Assembly: GCA_012295275.1 (NCBI GenBank) | Contig: CM022678.1 | Coordinates: 11,594,001 to 11,658,000, forward strand | Reading direction: 5' to 3' | DNA length: 64,000 nt | Origin: Chrysomallon squamiferum | Lineage: Eukaryota; Animalia; Mollusca | Shown: positions 48,692 to 63,709 of the stretch, piece by piece | Layout: each line of letters begins with the position of its first letter | How positions within the stretch are numbered: the first letter of the stretch is position 1 | Made by a program: the position numbers and the translations under genes | The notes under the pieces: generated by a model | What the model was told of the DNA's origin: nothing | What the model saw: the letters and a program-made list of their open reading frames with translations, nothing else | The model's database searches: none

Positions 48692-49772
48692 GCATTCGTC
48701 CATACTGACACAAATCTATCCATCACAAAATTGTCGTCTGCTTCCACTATCATGTGACTATGACAGTTTGGCTCGTGTCGTGAACTACATTTACCGTAAA
48801 CAATACAACTGTTTCACGGAGTTATTTTTGTAAAGTTGACAATAAAACAAATGATTGTCCGCGATTTGTACAGATTACATTTGTATTACTGGGCCTTGCT
48901 GACGTCACGTTTCGGTCAACTTGCCAAAAATATGTATCACTGTAGATTTCCTGGAGCGGTCTCTGACGTCAGAGTTCTGTCACGGCTGAGTAAACATTCT
49001 CTTCTTGATCTTTTAAAAATATTCTTTTGTTTTCTTTCTTTCTTTTTATAATCTTTCTTTTTTCCCCCCCATTTATCTGGTTATTTTTAAAGTCTTTAAA
49101 TATATATATATATATATATTTAAAGACTTGGCAATTTATATATTTATTTATTTATTTATTTATTTATTTATTAACCATTTCATTAAATAAAAGTAGCAAC
49201 ACACAGCTATTAAAATCTACTATTTTCACCCTTTGTGTTGGTGATTTTCATAATGCGTCTATCGGTGAACTGTTTAAGTATGCCTTTCATGGACATAGGA
49301 GGAACGACTCTGGGAGTGGAGGAGGCAATCCTCCTCCCATATTGAGTCACATCAGTGGGGAAAATGTGGGCAAAGCAGAGAAACACAAACATGGCAATTA
49401 TCTACGTTAAATTTTACGTAAATAAAATCAAGATCTCTCTGCTCTTATTAAAGCGAATACATGTACTTTTCTTTTCTAGTGTGCTAGTGTTTGTATATAT
49501 GTAATTTATTGTGCGTGATTATGTAAGTATGTGTACATGTTTATTATGTGTGTTGTGTTTTGTCTGATTGTGAATGTTGTACATGCCGTTGAATTTTGTG
49601 TGTGTTTGTGTGCATGACTTTATATTTGTGTTTGTGCGATATGTGTGTGTTTTTGTTAGTGTGTTGTTGAATGCTTTGCATTTGTGTTTGTGTGCATGAC
49701 TTTGTATTTGTGTTTGTGCGATAGTGTGTGTGTGTGTGCTTATGTTGAGCATTTGTTTAGATGTGTAGTGGT

Positions 49773-50100
49773 TGTGAGTTTGTGTGAGTTTGTAAACGTG
49801 TGTTTGTGTGAGTTTGTAAACGTGTGTTTTGTGTGTTTGTAAACGTGTGTTTGTGTGAGTTTGTAAACGTGTGTTTGTGTGAGTTTGTAAACGTGTGTTT
49901 GTGTGAGTTTGTAAACGTGTGTTTGTGTGAGTTTGTAAACGTGTGTTTGTGTGAGTTTGTAAACGTGTGTTTGTGTGAGTTTGTAAACGTGTGTTTGTGT
50001 GAGTTTGTAAACGTGTGTTTGTGTGAGTTTGTAAACGTGTGTTTGTGTGAGTTTGTAAACGTGTGTTTGTGTGAGTTTGTGTGAGTTTGTAAACGTGTGC
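49773..50100. repeat. 24-bp minisatellite (GTGTTTGTGTGAGTTTGTAAACGT), about 12 copies
   Basis: Visible directly in the sequence. Confidence 0.95.
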
Positions 50101-50483
50101 TTGTGTTTATATATGTGTGTGTATATCTACATAGTGTTAAAACGGATGTCTGTTTATTTGTATGTGAAACTCTTTTTCACCTCAGCTACTCACTGTGTCC
50201 TATGCGAGCTGTCTGTTGAGATTTTAAAACCACCACTACACGATTAAACAGCTTATTAAATATCGACGCATTTCTAAACTGCGACCAGCAAAGAGCGAGG
50301 CAGGGAGAAGGGAACGCTTCATTTCATATCTTTCCTGATAAGAAAATCATAGACGTTTGTTTTGATCGCGGAGTTAATTAGCGGGAAATAGCAGACGATT
50401 TATGTCGCGTTCTCCTGCATCTCGATCTGATATTGACCTGTTTGAGGTCACTGCCCTTTTGTGGCGTTCATTAGCACACGTTG

Positions 50484-50484
<1 letters not shown>

Positions 50485-50552
<68 letters not shown>

Positions 50553-50573
50553 TGTGTGTGTGAGTGTGTGTGA

Positions 50574-50660
<87 letters not shown>
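50485..50660. repeat. (TG)n(AG)n microsatellite
   Basis: Visible directly in the sequence. Confidence 0.95.
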
Positions 50661-50663
<3 letters not shown>

Positions 50664-52099
50664 AAATATTATGCTTTTTTAAAAATTATATTTAAATTAA
50701 AATGGTTTAGTATGGTTATTTCCCTTGCGGCAGGTTTGGTTGTACTGAACTAACATCTAACGCTAAGCCTGGACGGTTGTTAATGGGAATTTCGTCCTCC
50801 AGTGGCGCCTAAGAGGGATATAATAAATCCTGAATAGGCGATGACGTGAACATTGTTTATTCCAAATATCACATCGTGTTCGTTTGTTTCCCTTGGAGAT
50901 ATTTTGATCGATTTAAATGATTTCTCATAATACCGAAACCGTACGTTTTATGACGGAAACTATCGAAATGTGACGAACAGGGAAGAAGATGTTTTATTAT
51001 TTTCAATTAATTTTCCGTCTCAGAAAATGAAAGAAAAAAGAAAAAATAAAACAAGAAGAAAATTAATGATGATAATAAGAAAGTTTAAGAGGAATAAATA
51101 CGTACGTACATACAGACTTTATAAATAAATAAATAAACCAAACTGGTTTAGCTGCGAAGAAGAATTATGATACACTGTAAGAAGTAATTAGATTAAGTAA
51201 GAACAGGTGCAATTAGCCGCTGACATGCGCAGTGCGTAACAAGCACGACATCCTGTGTCAAAATGGCGATTGACATTTGATACGCGACTGAGATAACATC
51301 AGCGTGCATCTGTTTTCAGTTTGGCAGCATCAAAAAAAAAAAAAAAAAAAAAAGAAAGAAAGAAAAAGAAAAAGACCACGCTGTAGAAAACTCGTTGCCA
51401 GATTTTGTCGTGTTCTCGCAAATCTGGCACACAGCAGTTTTTCACAAATCATTTGATAAACGGTAAACAATCTTTCGCGTAAGAGCTGGCAGACGTGGGT
51501 TGTTATTACATGTACATTTCACTGGCTGCGCGCGCGCGCTCTGCTCCTGAAAACTCAAGAGAGGGTAAACGATTCCGTTCCGTTGTTGTTTTATTCGGAG
51601 TAAATCACATTTGTTAAATGCGCGCGCTATCAGTGTTCGCGGAATACCGAGTTAATTTAATTCCAGAAAGAAAAGAAAAGAAAAAACAAACAACGTAAGG
51701 ATGTAATTATTTCCGAACTTTGACTAATTTGCAAAGGTTACAGTGCACAACACAACATATACAAAACACTCAAACACACAAACACATACGTAACACAAAC
51801 AAACAGGACTCAAACATGCACACGTAACGTTCAAACACATGTACGCACACACAAACATGCATACAAACACGTGAACACGTACAAATCCTATTTAAAAAAA
51901 ATCTAAATACAAGTTGAGAAATTTGACGTTAAACTGCGCTGGACCTCACAGGAAGATTTCCCCTTCCATTAAGAAGTCCTCTGTATAAACCGTAACATAA
52001 ATTTGAGTTTGAAAACATTAAACATTAATTTTACACGTTAGAAAATAACGTGCTTCAATCTATCGAGTCCACGACTACCCTAATATCAGGGGATAAGTT

Positions 52100-52207
<108 letters not shown>

Positions 52208-53120
52208 GATGGCTTAACCGGTGCAGCAAGGATTCAGCAGTCTTGCGAAATATAAATACATCTTTGAAAGATACGGCAAAATTCACACCCACACACCCAC
52301 ACACATGTACAAACATACATACATACATACATACTCTATATATATATATAATATTATAATGAATACAAATAATTTTAAATAAATAATTAAATGAACAGAC
52401 AGATATTCAGATAAATGAAGGAAAAAGAAAAAGAAAAGAAAAAAGAAGAAAGAATAAGATAAAATAACAAAGGAAACGGAGAAATACCATTTTATACGAA
52501 AATAAGCACACAACGAAAACACGTATTTTGGCAGTGATCGTATCTGTTCGCATTGCGTTCATTGCTGGGACATTAAACAGCGCGCGCGTGCTTGGCAACA
52601 AGGGAATGAAGAATGCACATCCATATGATCACAAACACGTGTTTTATTTCTGTCGTGCAGTCTTTTTCACGACTGTTTCACTTGAAGTGTGTTTCATGCA
52701 GGTAGAAGGTGAAGGTAGAAACAAACGAAAAACAGAAAAAAAGATTTTCTTAGTAAAGCTTTCAGACGTATCCAGGTGTGTGATTGCATTTCATACACGA
52801 ATTTTTCATTTTAGTCAGATACTGCTTTCTCAAATGTTATCTAGCCTGATCATGTAAAACAACAACAAATGAACGAATGCAGAGAAAAAGTTAATTTGAT
52901 AGATTCGGTTAGGTAAACACGTAGATGGATAGCGAGAGAGAGAGAAAGAGAATTGCAAATAGACAGATCGGCGGAGAGACAGGAGAATAAAAAGAAGGAT
53001 GTGTTTGTTTGTTTATGTGTGTATTTATGTTTGTGCGTGTGTGTATGTATGTGTATATGTATGTGTATATGTGTGTGTGTGTGTGAATAAAAGACTGTAA
53101 CTGGTTTAAATATTAAACCA

Positions 53121-53247
<127 letters not shown>

Positions 53248-53872
53248 TTTGTTTTTATATACTTTTTTTGTTTGTTCGGTATATCGTTTTCTACCGACGC
53301 AGCCTAAGAAAACAGACGAAACAAACAGATCCCCGGGGGGCCCCGTCACGGCGCGTGCAGTAACGATGCGCTATTTTTAGAAACATTGACAACAGCGGGG
53401 ACGCCAGGAGGAAGTTTCCTCGGGACCGATTTCCGGTCATCCCGCAGCGAACTGGCAGACGACACAGGCACCAGCTTTCACAACGGCATCACAAAAAGTC
53501 CTCGTTTCTTCGAGAGCGCGTTTCGTCTTCGTTAATTATTTACAACAATAGGAAAGAGAGAAAATTATTTTTACGCGTTTCTAAATGTCACCGACCGAAG
53601 TGATTTCTCGTCCCAGCGTTCACGTTTTCTCGCCGATCTCTCAACGAGAGGGTTAATCAACATTTCACCTTTCTAGTTGTTTTTGAGTCTCAGTTCTTAG
53701 GTCATTGTAACTTAAACTTTGTAATTAAAAGTGCTCTTTTGTTGTTTTGTTCAGTTCAGCCGTTACTTCTTTTCTTTTTCTTTCTTTCTTTCGCATTTCA
53801 TTTATTTCCATTTCTCTTCTTTCTTTCTCTTTTTTAATTTTTAGTATTATTTTTGGCGTTTTGAAATAAAAT

Positions 53873-53952
<80 letters not shown>

Positions 53953-54072
53953 ACATACAAACATTAACTAAAGGAAATAAAATTTCATGTTAAGCCATAA
54001 AACGTTAATTACATTCGGAGACATTAATTAAGACCGGAAATCTGTATATAATGCCTTTTTTTATTTGTTTTT

Positions 54073-54151
<79 letters not shown>

Positions 54152-54498
54152 CGTCTGCTGTGACACTAAACAGTGTCTACCACAATATTACGCTTTATCG
54201 CCTCAGTGACCTTTCCTTCGGAGACAAAACCGAGGTCGTATACCAGTCTAGCAGTATAGTAAAACTGTCTATTGTTGCCGGTTGCAGGTCGTTACGTGTC
54301 CGGAGCCGGCGAGTTACGAGCAGAATAAATCACAGAAAGCCGAGAACATTTCTACTTTCCAAACAGTAGCTTACTTTAGTTGTTTCCCTTTCGTGTCTTA
54401 GCTTTTTCCTCTTTGTGTGGAAGATTCTATTTATTTTATTTGTTTTCTTTTTATTTATTTATTTATTTACTCTTTTTTTTTTTTTTTATCAAGGAAAA

Positions 54499-54551
<53 letters not shown>

Positions 54552-54626
54552 GCAGTAATAAAAGGAAAACGAAAGAAAGGAAACAACACTGTAAGTATTC
54601 CTGGTTTGTCTTTCAGTATTTATACG

Positions 54627-55365
54627 AGTGTAAACATCTAAGTTTACATTACGAGTGTTTACCAGTGTAAACATGTAAGTTTACATTACGAGTGTTTACC
54701 AGTGTAAACATCTAAGTTTACATTACGAGTGTTTACCAGTGTAAACATCTAAGTTTACGAGTGTAAACATCTAAGTTTACATTACGAGTGTTTACCAGTG
54801 TAAACATCTAAGTTTACATTACGAGTGTTTACCAGTGTAAACATCTAAGTTTACATTACGAGTGTTTACCAGTGTAAACATGTAAGTTTACATTACGAGT
54901 GTTTACGAGTGTAAACATCTAAGTTTACATTAAACATCTAAAGTTTACATTACAGTGTTTACCAGTGTAAACATGTAAACATCTAAGTGTAAACATCTAA
55001 GTTTACATTACGAGTGTTTACCAGTGTAAACATCTAAGTTTACATTACGAGTGTTTACCAGTGTAAATATCTAAGTTTACATTACGAGTGTTTACCAGTG
55101 TAAATATCTAAGTTTACATTACGAGTGTTTACCAGTGTAAATATCTAAGTTTACATTACGAGTGTTTACCAGTGTAATCATGTAAGTAAACATTACGAGT
55201 GTTTACGAGTGTAAACATCTAAGTTTACATTACAAGTGTTTACCAGTGTAAACATCTAAGTTTACATTACGAGTGTTTACCAGTGTAAACATCTAAGTTT
55301 ACATTACGAGTGTTTACCAGTGTAAACATCTAAGTTTACATTACGAGTGTTTACGAGTGTAAACA
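54627..55365. repeat. 37-bp satellite AGTGTAAACATCTAAGTTTACATTACGAGTGTTTACC, about 20 copies, internally palindromic
   Basis: Visible directly; each unit holds the inverted pair TGTAAAC...GTTTACA. Confidence 0.95.
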
Positions 55366-58300
55366 GGTAAGTAAACAATAAGTAACTTTTAGATGACGTC
55401 AAATAAAGACGTAAATAAGAAATCAATCACAAATATTGAAAACGATATTTGAATAAATAAGCAAAGAATGAAATCTACAGACGCTGATTCGTCTACAACT
55501 TGCAGGCTGTTTCTACCAGACGTTCGCTCAGTTCTCTGACAAAATTGTTCAAATTTGTACACGTTTTAGCTCTTGTTCATATAAATTATAAATTTGTAAT
55601 AAAAAGCCAAGAATAAACAAAATAATAATCAAAATAAGCGGAAGGAGCACCAACAAATGAATGAATGAATAAATAAATATAAGAAAAAGTTAAATGAAAT
55701 ATAAAAAAAAAAATAAATAAGGAAACAGACACGGAATATTTTACACTTTAATTCTTTGTATGTGAAAACGAAACAGAAGAAAAAAAAGAATGGAGACAGA
55801 TTATTACATTTTTTAAATATTTTTTTATTATGCACAAATTATACAGGTGAGGTTTCTTCAAACAATCATATATAAACTAACCAATGACGTGTAACAGAAA
55901 AATAATTCTCAGGTAACAATCAACCCTATAATTATATATACAACAGTGATTACGTCACAGTGAATGACGTCATCATTAGCGGACGTATTACGTAGGAAAT
56001 ATGGATTATATAATTTATTACTTTCACTCCGTACTTTTTTTCTTTTTTTTTTAGGCGTGGGGGGATGTAGCATGCTGATATTTTATATCTTATATATTTC
56101 AACTTTTATCTCAAAATTATTTCTTATAAATATATTCATATTTACTTTATCGTATTTTGCAAGTTAATGTGTAAACAGGCGCGCTTTGAAGAAGAAGTCA
56201 GCTGCTTCACTTCACAGGAAACAAACGTCCGCTAATAAAATTAGGTCATTAGCTGTGACGTAAGCGGAAGTGTTTGATAGGTCAGGTGCACTCGCACTCA
56301 CTAAAATATCTGTACAGTTCTAATTATCATTTGTTCTATTCACGCATGCTCTGTACAAGATTACATAATTTGTTTTGAAAAATAAATACTCCTCTTCTGA
56401 TACTTTATATATAGACAGAAACCCCCCTTATATTCAATATATCACTGCTGTTATTTATAATTAACATGTTAATTAATTAAATAAATAATTAATTTATTTG
56501 ATATTTTAAAAATAGGATTATGAAAGTTTGTGGCAAATAAAACAATAATGGTAAAGTCACAATCAAACAATTTTCAACTAAAAAATCAATAAAAATTAAA
56601 ATTAAAATAAAAAGTGTATTTTTGAGTACACATAGAAATCCATTATCTAAGATTGTTAAAATATAATTGCGTGTTTGCGTGAATTTGCATGTTTCAATCT
56701 TCTGTAACTACATCAACACATACATTAGTATCAACAACATCAATGACGTCATCGTCGCCTGCGACGGGAACCTTAATTTACTTCGAACATTCGAACTAAT
56801 AGTTTTCTCTGTATGCGCGTGTTCGTGATTATAAACATGTGTGTTTACGTACACACGAATATTACACACACACAATCATATAATTTATGAATGAGATATT
56901 ATAATACAACAATGAGTTTTACGTAATAAAAAGGTAGTTGTGACGTCATTTTATTATGACAACGCTTCATTGTTTTTCAAAAACAGAGTGATGACCTGGT
57001 AACTAAAATATGTAAAAAATATTTATAAAGAGTTTTAAAACCTCTAAACATAGTCTATACTGGTGATTCTTTTAAGTTAAGGAATATCCTGATTTAAATA
57101 TCTATTTCTGAGGGGGGAAATAAAAATAAAATTAAAAATAAAACATATCAAAGTGAAGGTTAATTTTTTAACAATTCATTTTGTATGGTTCTTACAAGAG
57201 TTAAACTTTTAAGTAAATTTTAAAATAAACGACATAAAATTAAACGACGAAGAAGAAGATGATGAAGATGATAATAATATATATATTTTTTACATTTTAA
57301 CATGTTTCATCATCATCATCATCATCATCAAAACAGATTTGCAACAAATGACCTAACAATTTTCAAAAATTAGTAAAATTAAGAACCATTCCGACGTCCA
57401 CGAAAAGACAGATTCCTAGGTAGTAAATAAACACTCACTACTCACACACGAAGCACAAAGTTCTAAAAATAAAATAAAAATGTTTTTTTTTTTTGTGTTT
57501 TAGTACTGGAAGCCTTTCTGTTTTAGTCCAGTAGAAATATAACTACCTGTACATACAAATACAAAATCCAATAAAGAAAAGTTGTGATAAATATAGATTA
57601 CTAACAGAAGTAAAAATGATAAAAAATCAGTAAAAACAGCCTCTGTGATGGGAACTAATTAAATGTAGAGTACATCTATAATTAGGTTGTCAAAATACTT
57701 TTCGATAAAGATATTTATAAAAAAGAAAAAATTCGATAATCAAGTAAAAATGTTTTAATTAGCCGCAAATTAAGGACAGTATCTCTCTACTGAGATTTTA
57801 ATAAACAAACAAACAAATAAACAAACAAATAAACAAATAAACAAATAAATAAATCGGAAACTCTCGTGATATATACATATGTTAATTTAATTACACTATA
57901 ATTATATGTGTTTAAGTGCGCGCGTTTGTGTGTGTGTTTGTGTGTGTGTGATGCGAGCGTGTGCGTGCATTTGACATTATTTTCGATTTTTTTTTTTTTT
58001 TTTTTTTTATCCCCGGTGAAATAAATGAAATAATAATTATAATAATAAAAGGAAATTAATAAAATCTGAAAGGGAAATAACACGAATTCATTACGTTATG
58101 GAAAAATAAATAAATAAATAAATAAAAAGAGAGGAATAACACTTGTTTACACTCTATTTCTAAAAGTCTGGGCAAATCGTTAACAGAACAAAAATAAATA
58201 ATAATTATCGAAGTCATTTTAAAACTGTTCACTACGTCACCAAATCGGCTGTCAGTTCTTTGTGCGCATTTGGTCGGTGGGAAATCTCGTCACAAACCTT

Positions 58301-58541
58301 GTGTACGCATGCGCGTAATTTATGAAGGATATTCAAAGGATAAAGAATAATTTATAATTAATTTATTTTATTATAATACACACAAGCATTCAAATATTTT
58401 AAGAAAGATAATAAAATACTTTAAAGAAAACCCACAAAGTCGCCATATTTTTGTCCTAGTTTGTTTTGGAAGTTTGTTCTTTTGTTGTTTTTGTACTTTA
58501 CTCCAATATGGAGAAAGCACCATAACTAATTATAGCCCGCC

Positions 58542-58724
58542 AAGTAAAACAAAATAAAGATTATTTATTTACTGTGATGTTAACAAAAGTATAATTTGTT
58601 AAAGTAAAACAAAATAAAGATTGTTTATTTACTGTGATGTTAACAAAAGTATAATTTGTTAAAGTAAAACAAAATAAAGATTGTTTATTTATTGTGATGT
58701 TAACAAAAGTATAGTTTGTTAAAG
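58542..58724. repeat. 60-bp tandem repeat, 3 copies
   Basis: The lines starting at 58561, 58621 and 58681 are nearly identical. Confidence 0.92.
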
Positions 58725-59074
58725 AAAATGTCTGCAGTGTGTAAATCGTTCATCTTATAATCAAATTAATGTTTCTACTTTATTGTTGATGTTGTAATAT
58801 GAATCACTCTTTTAACATCGTAACACTTTAATATTATTAATACACATTTGGGTTTAAAAATAGCATCTGCAGTTATAATTTACAATGCAAAGTAACTATA
58901 TATATATATAAAATTTCAGAAGTTTTTGTTATAACAAAAAATCAGTTTTAGGCAGAATTGATAAGACACATGTACGTCCCCCATGCGTCATTATTATACA
59001 CCCCCCCAGGATCAACGTAAAACACCCGTTTACTTAATCAGTAACCAAAACACAGCTTCCTCAACAATAGTAGT

Positions 59075-59120
<46 letters not shown>

Positions 59121-59890
59121 TCATCATCTCGGTCAGAAATTAATAAATATCAATCTGAACTTCTAGCAAATGCCCCACCTACTTTAGTTGCTAATTATAA
59201 ACACGCCCTATCTTCTTAAATACGTAATTAACAAACGCCCAGCCCACATAAATAATTAATTAAAACCGCGCCATCTACTGGAATAATTAAATTGAAAAAT
59301 ATCCAGCTACTGCCGGAAAATTAATAAACGTCCCACATGAAATTTGTTACAAATAAAATTAAAATTAAAATTAAAATTAAAATCAAAATTAAAATTAAAA
59401 TTAAAATTAAAATGAACACTCCTTTCAAAATGTTTAATATATATATAAACGACAACGCTAAAAACAGAGATAAAACACTTTTAAATTCTGTTGTTATTGT
59501 TTTTAGAGCTAAGAGACTGGGAAAATAAAATAAAATAAAAAATTAAACCGGATGTAAAAGGGAAGGAATAAATATGTCCTCCCCTGAAATAAAAATAAAA
59601 ACTTTATCAATAAATTTTAAAAAATCAGTAATAAAAAAATGAAATTAATAAGAACAATAATAATAATAAATAATATAAATAATAAAAAAATAAAATAAAA
59701 TATAATAAAACAAGATATAAAAAGGCAAAACAAATAATAATAAAAGACACAAGCCCTAAATAAAAATTAATAACAGGAAAAATTATTATGATTATTTATT
59801 TTAAATTAAGAATAAAAAATTAACTGGTTTTATTTCTTACCAGTTAATAATGATTAAAAAACATATCCAAAACAAACTTCCCTTCTGATC

Positions 59891-59939
<49 letters not shown>

Positions 59940-59942
59940 GTA

Positions 59943-60041
<99 letters not shown>

Positions 60042-60090
60042 GTAATAGTAATAGTAATAATAATAATAATAATAACAACAACAACAACAA
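59891..60090. repeat. Long (AAT)n microsatellite
   Basis: Visible directly in the sequence. Confidence 0.95.
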
Positions 60091-61944
60091 AAGTAAATAT
60101 ATGAAAACAAATCGCAAATTCTCGTGCTCTCATTGACAATAATGGTGTAAATAATTAAAAGATCAGAACAAAGGAAAATCAAGAAGTGAAATAGATAAAC
60201 CACCATAATAATAATAATCATAAAAAAATAAAAAAAAAATTTAAAAAAAAGAGAAAAAAGTAATCAGTGGTAATTTTTTTGTTGGTTTTTCTTCTTTTTT
60301 TTTTTTTAAAAACGAAAAGAGAAAACAAACAACAAAACAAGATATTCTTCTTCTAAATAAACAAACCACAAATCAGATTTCAATCAATACAAAAGAAAAT
60401 AAACAAAACAGACAAAAACAGCAACAAACAGATCGTTGTAAATTTCACCTACAACACGAGAGCATCGGCGATGAAAAATAAACTTCATCAAAACGCTGAC
60501 GAACACTTTTTCCCATTCCACACACATGTAAATTTTTATCCCGTTCATTCTTGTTTCTCCTTTTTTAAAATTATTTTTCAGTTGTTTTTTTTTTTTAAAT
60601 TTATTTGAATAAACTAGCAAATGGGTCCACACGACGTCAGAAATACGAAACTAAGCCCAGGTCTCGTAGGAAGCTGGCTCTGTATTGTTTTGTATCACTC
60701 AACATTTATAGAATTTCTCAAATATAACAGAGATATCACAACTCCTTGAATTCGTTCAACATCCTAACAACTCTCTGAAGTACGAAACTAAGAACATGTC
60801 GAATCACAATCTGTAGCTTTACCTAAACTTTGCGTATCACAATGTTTCCTCTTTTCAGTAACTGTTCACTCATTGTCTTCATTTCCAGCAATCTTATTTG
60901 CTTGTAATGTCTTGGAGAATCACTGTCTGCAATATTTGCCCGTTCCAACGTCTTGAAATCATCTTCAACAATATCTCTCGTTACGGAATCAAACGTTTTC
61001 TCAATAAATACCCGTTCCAAATCCTAGTTTTCCAGAATTATCTCCATCCAACAGGGTTCATTATTAACACCATTTGTTCTACACTATTTGCTCGTTCCAA
61101 CCTCAACCGACTGTTATCAACATTGGTTTGTTTTTAATTTTGAAACAATGTCTTGAATTACTTGTTTGGGAAATTGTTGCTAACAATATCTTCTCCTATA
61201 TTTTTATCATCCATTTCTTTCAGTGTTTGTTAATTTAAACATGGATGTCATTTGTGGTAATATTCAGCTAAACGAAGGAAACTATTGCTAGCAATATTTG
61301 TTTGGAAATAACTCGTGGTACTATTTATCTAATAGGGAAATGATTACTGGAAAAAACAAATTTGGTTCGAGTACAATATCGGCTGTTAAATATTTCGACA
61401 ACAAAATGGACAGAGAGAATTCTTTCAAAATGTGAAATACTTGTTACTCCTACTTTCTATACCATTTCTTTAATATATTATTACGGTTATTTATTTATTT
61501 TTTTTTTTATTATTATTATTATTATGATTTTTTTTTAAATATTAGAAAATTAATACATCATGGTTAAATAAACAAATAAGAGAAACACAAGGCAATCTTG
61601 TTACAATCACTCGAACTCGCGGAGACAAATCTCTAAGATATTAAAACGTTTACATAATTTGTTAGTATTTAAAAAACAAAACGTTTGTGCAGTGTGAATT
61701 GATAATAACACAGAATGGAATGTGGACAGAGTGAAGGAGGTGCACAAAACAGACTTGACCTTGTTCGTCTGCGGGCCATGACCTTTGACATCTGGTTGAC
61801 CTTCAGATCTTGGAAGTGATCGGAAAACAACGGATGTAGCTGGGCAAACTATGAAAGCACGTGCTCCTTCTCTGGGATGTAGAATAGGGGAAAGGGGGAG
61901 GGGATATATATATGTATGAATATATATAAAATTTTAGTAAATCT

Positions 61945-62063
61945 TCAGTTCTTGCTGGCTTCCGACCCTGAGCTCTTTGAGGACTCGCCCACTGACTCGC
62001 CCACTGACGCGCACTCCTGGGGGCGGAAAGGCGAGTTGAGGCCTCCCATCAGTTTACAGAACT
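61945..62063 (-). CDS. Calmodulin-like protein, last coding exon (EFCKLMGGLNSPFRPQECASVGESVGESSKSSGSEASKN*)
   Basis: Acceptor gtttcAG at 62064-62065, phase 1. Completes EF-hand [12 protein letters not shown] with FCKLM; TGA at 61945. Confidence 0.85.
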
Positions 62064-62500
62064 CTGAAACAACAACAACAACAACAGTCAAACACTGCGC
62101 CCCTGTAGTGTTCAGTGCGTGTGTGTGTGTGTGTGTGTCCGTGATGTGTACGTTTGTACGTGTATCTGTTTAAACAATTAAATATTACATTTATTTTTTT
62201 TTTTTCGTTTATTAACTTTCAGTTACCATCATCATTGTCATCGTCATCATCATGTAATTTTTACATGCCTTTGCCATATTATTTTCTAATTTCTACTACT
62301 ACCACAACTGCTGTTATAAGACTTTTGCAGCTACTTCTACAACTACTACTACTGTTACTATTACTTCTGCTACTACTACTACTACTAGTGATATTATTAC
62401 TACTACTTTATTACTATACTTCTAATAATAATACATTTTATTATTATTATTATTATTTTACTATTATTATCACTATTATTATTACAATTACAGTTACTAC

Positions 62501-62554
<54 letters not shown>

Positions 62555-63381
62555 CACTATTATTATTACAATTACAGTTACTACTATTATTATTATTATT
62601 ATTATTATTATTATCACACAACTATGGAAGGAAATCTGGCCCAAACTGAAAACTTTAATCGCCAGACAGTTCTGTAATAATTAGAACTAATTTATTTTAT
62701 TTTTTACTGCAGATTTTATGACGTCACTGAAACGTGACGTACTTGGTGATCTCAGAAGGGCGGTTAAACATCTCAGCAGACTGAGATTCAGTAATTAACA
62801 CAACTTAATTGCGTAACGAATAAAGAAAGCGGTGAATCGTTAATTTACAGTAACACGGAGAACGAAAGAAAGTTTAGAAGTCTATAAATAGAAACAGTTC
62901 GGTTTGGCTGAAGAGAGAAAAAAAAAAACCACGTTAATTAATTTGTTTGGTTAATTGTGAAGATGAGTTTGTGAGTTAATTAATTTGGTTAACTGTGAAG
63001 ATGAGTTTGTCTAAGTGAGTTCTGTGTAAAAAAATTAATAATAATAAAAAAATAATAAAAAATAAAATAAAACAAAAATAAACGTATGGTAAATTTTCTT
63101 TATTCTTTCTTTCATCGTTTCGTTCTTTCTCGCGTTATTTCTATTTTTCTCTTCAGTACTTTCTCTCTCTCACTTTTCTTATTTTTTGCAGATTGCTTGT
63201 CTGTGTGTGTCTCTCTCTCACACAACACACAAACACACATACAGGCAATACACACACGCACACACACTACACACACGCACACACACTCACACACAATACA
63301 CACACGCACGCACGCACGCACGCACACACAACGCTCACACACGCACGCACGCACAGACACACGACTCAGCTGACAACTCAC

Positions 63382-63636
63382 CGTCAAAGTCGATCAAGCC
63401 GTCGCCGTTGAGGTCTGCTAACTGGAACATGGCCCTCGTGTCCTCTTCCGTCAGGTTCTCCCCCAGCCGCCTCATCACGTAGCGCAGCTCGTGCTTGTCG
63501 ATGTAGCCGTTGCCGTCCATGTCGAACACCTTGAACGTCTCCCTCATCTTGTCCTCCTGTTCAGCCTTCATTCCCTGACTCGACGACCACCGCGTCATCA
63601 GCGACAGAAACTCGTCATACTCCACAAACCCGTTTT
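63382..63636 (-). CDS. Calmodulin-like EF-hand protein, internal exon (5' exons lie beyond the window)
   Basis: Encodes [45 protein letters not shown] and [12 protein letters not shown]. The exon is 255 nt, phase 1/1, with ttttcAG and GTGAGT boundaries. Too divergent for canonical calmodulin. Confidence 0.93.
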
Positions 63637-63709
63637 CTGAAAACAACAACAACAACATACTACAACAACAGCGACAGAAACTCGTCATACTCCACAAACC
63701 CTTTTTCTG

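Noticed and set aside
49824-50084. Cys-rich (CEFVNVCL)n ORF resembling a metal-binding repeat protein
   Set aside because: Translation of a 24-bp minisatellite with no start context or splice signals.
54627-55365. Palindromic 37-bp repeat as a CRISPR array
   Set aside because: Length and hairpin are CRISPR-like, but the units are contiguous with no spacers.
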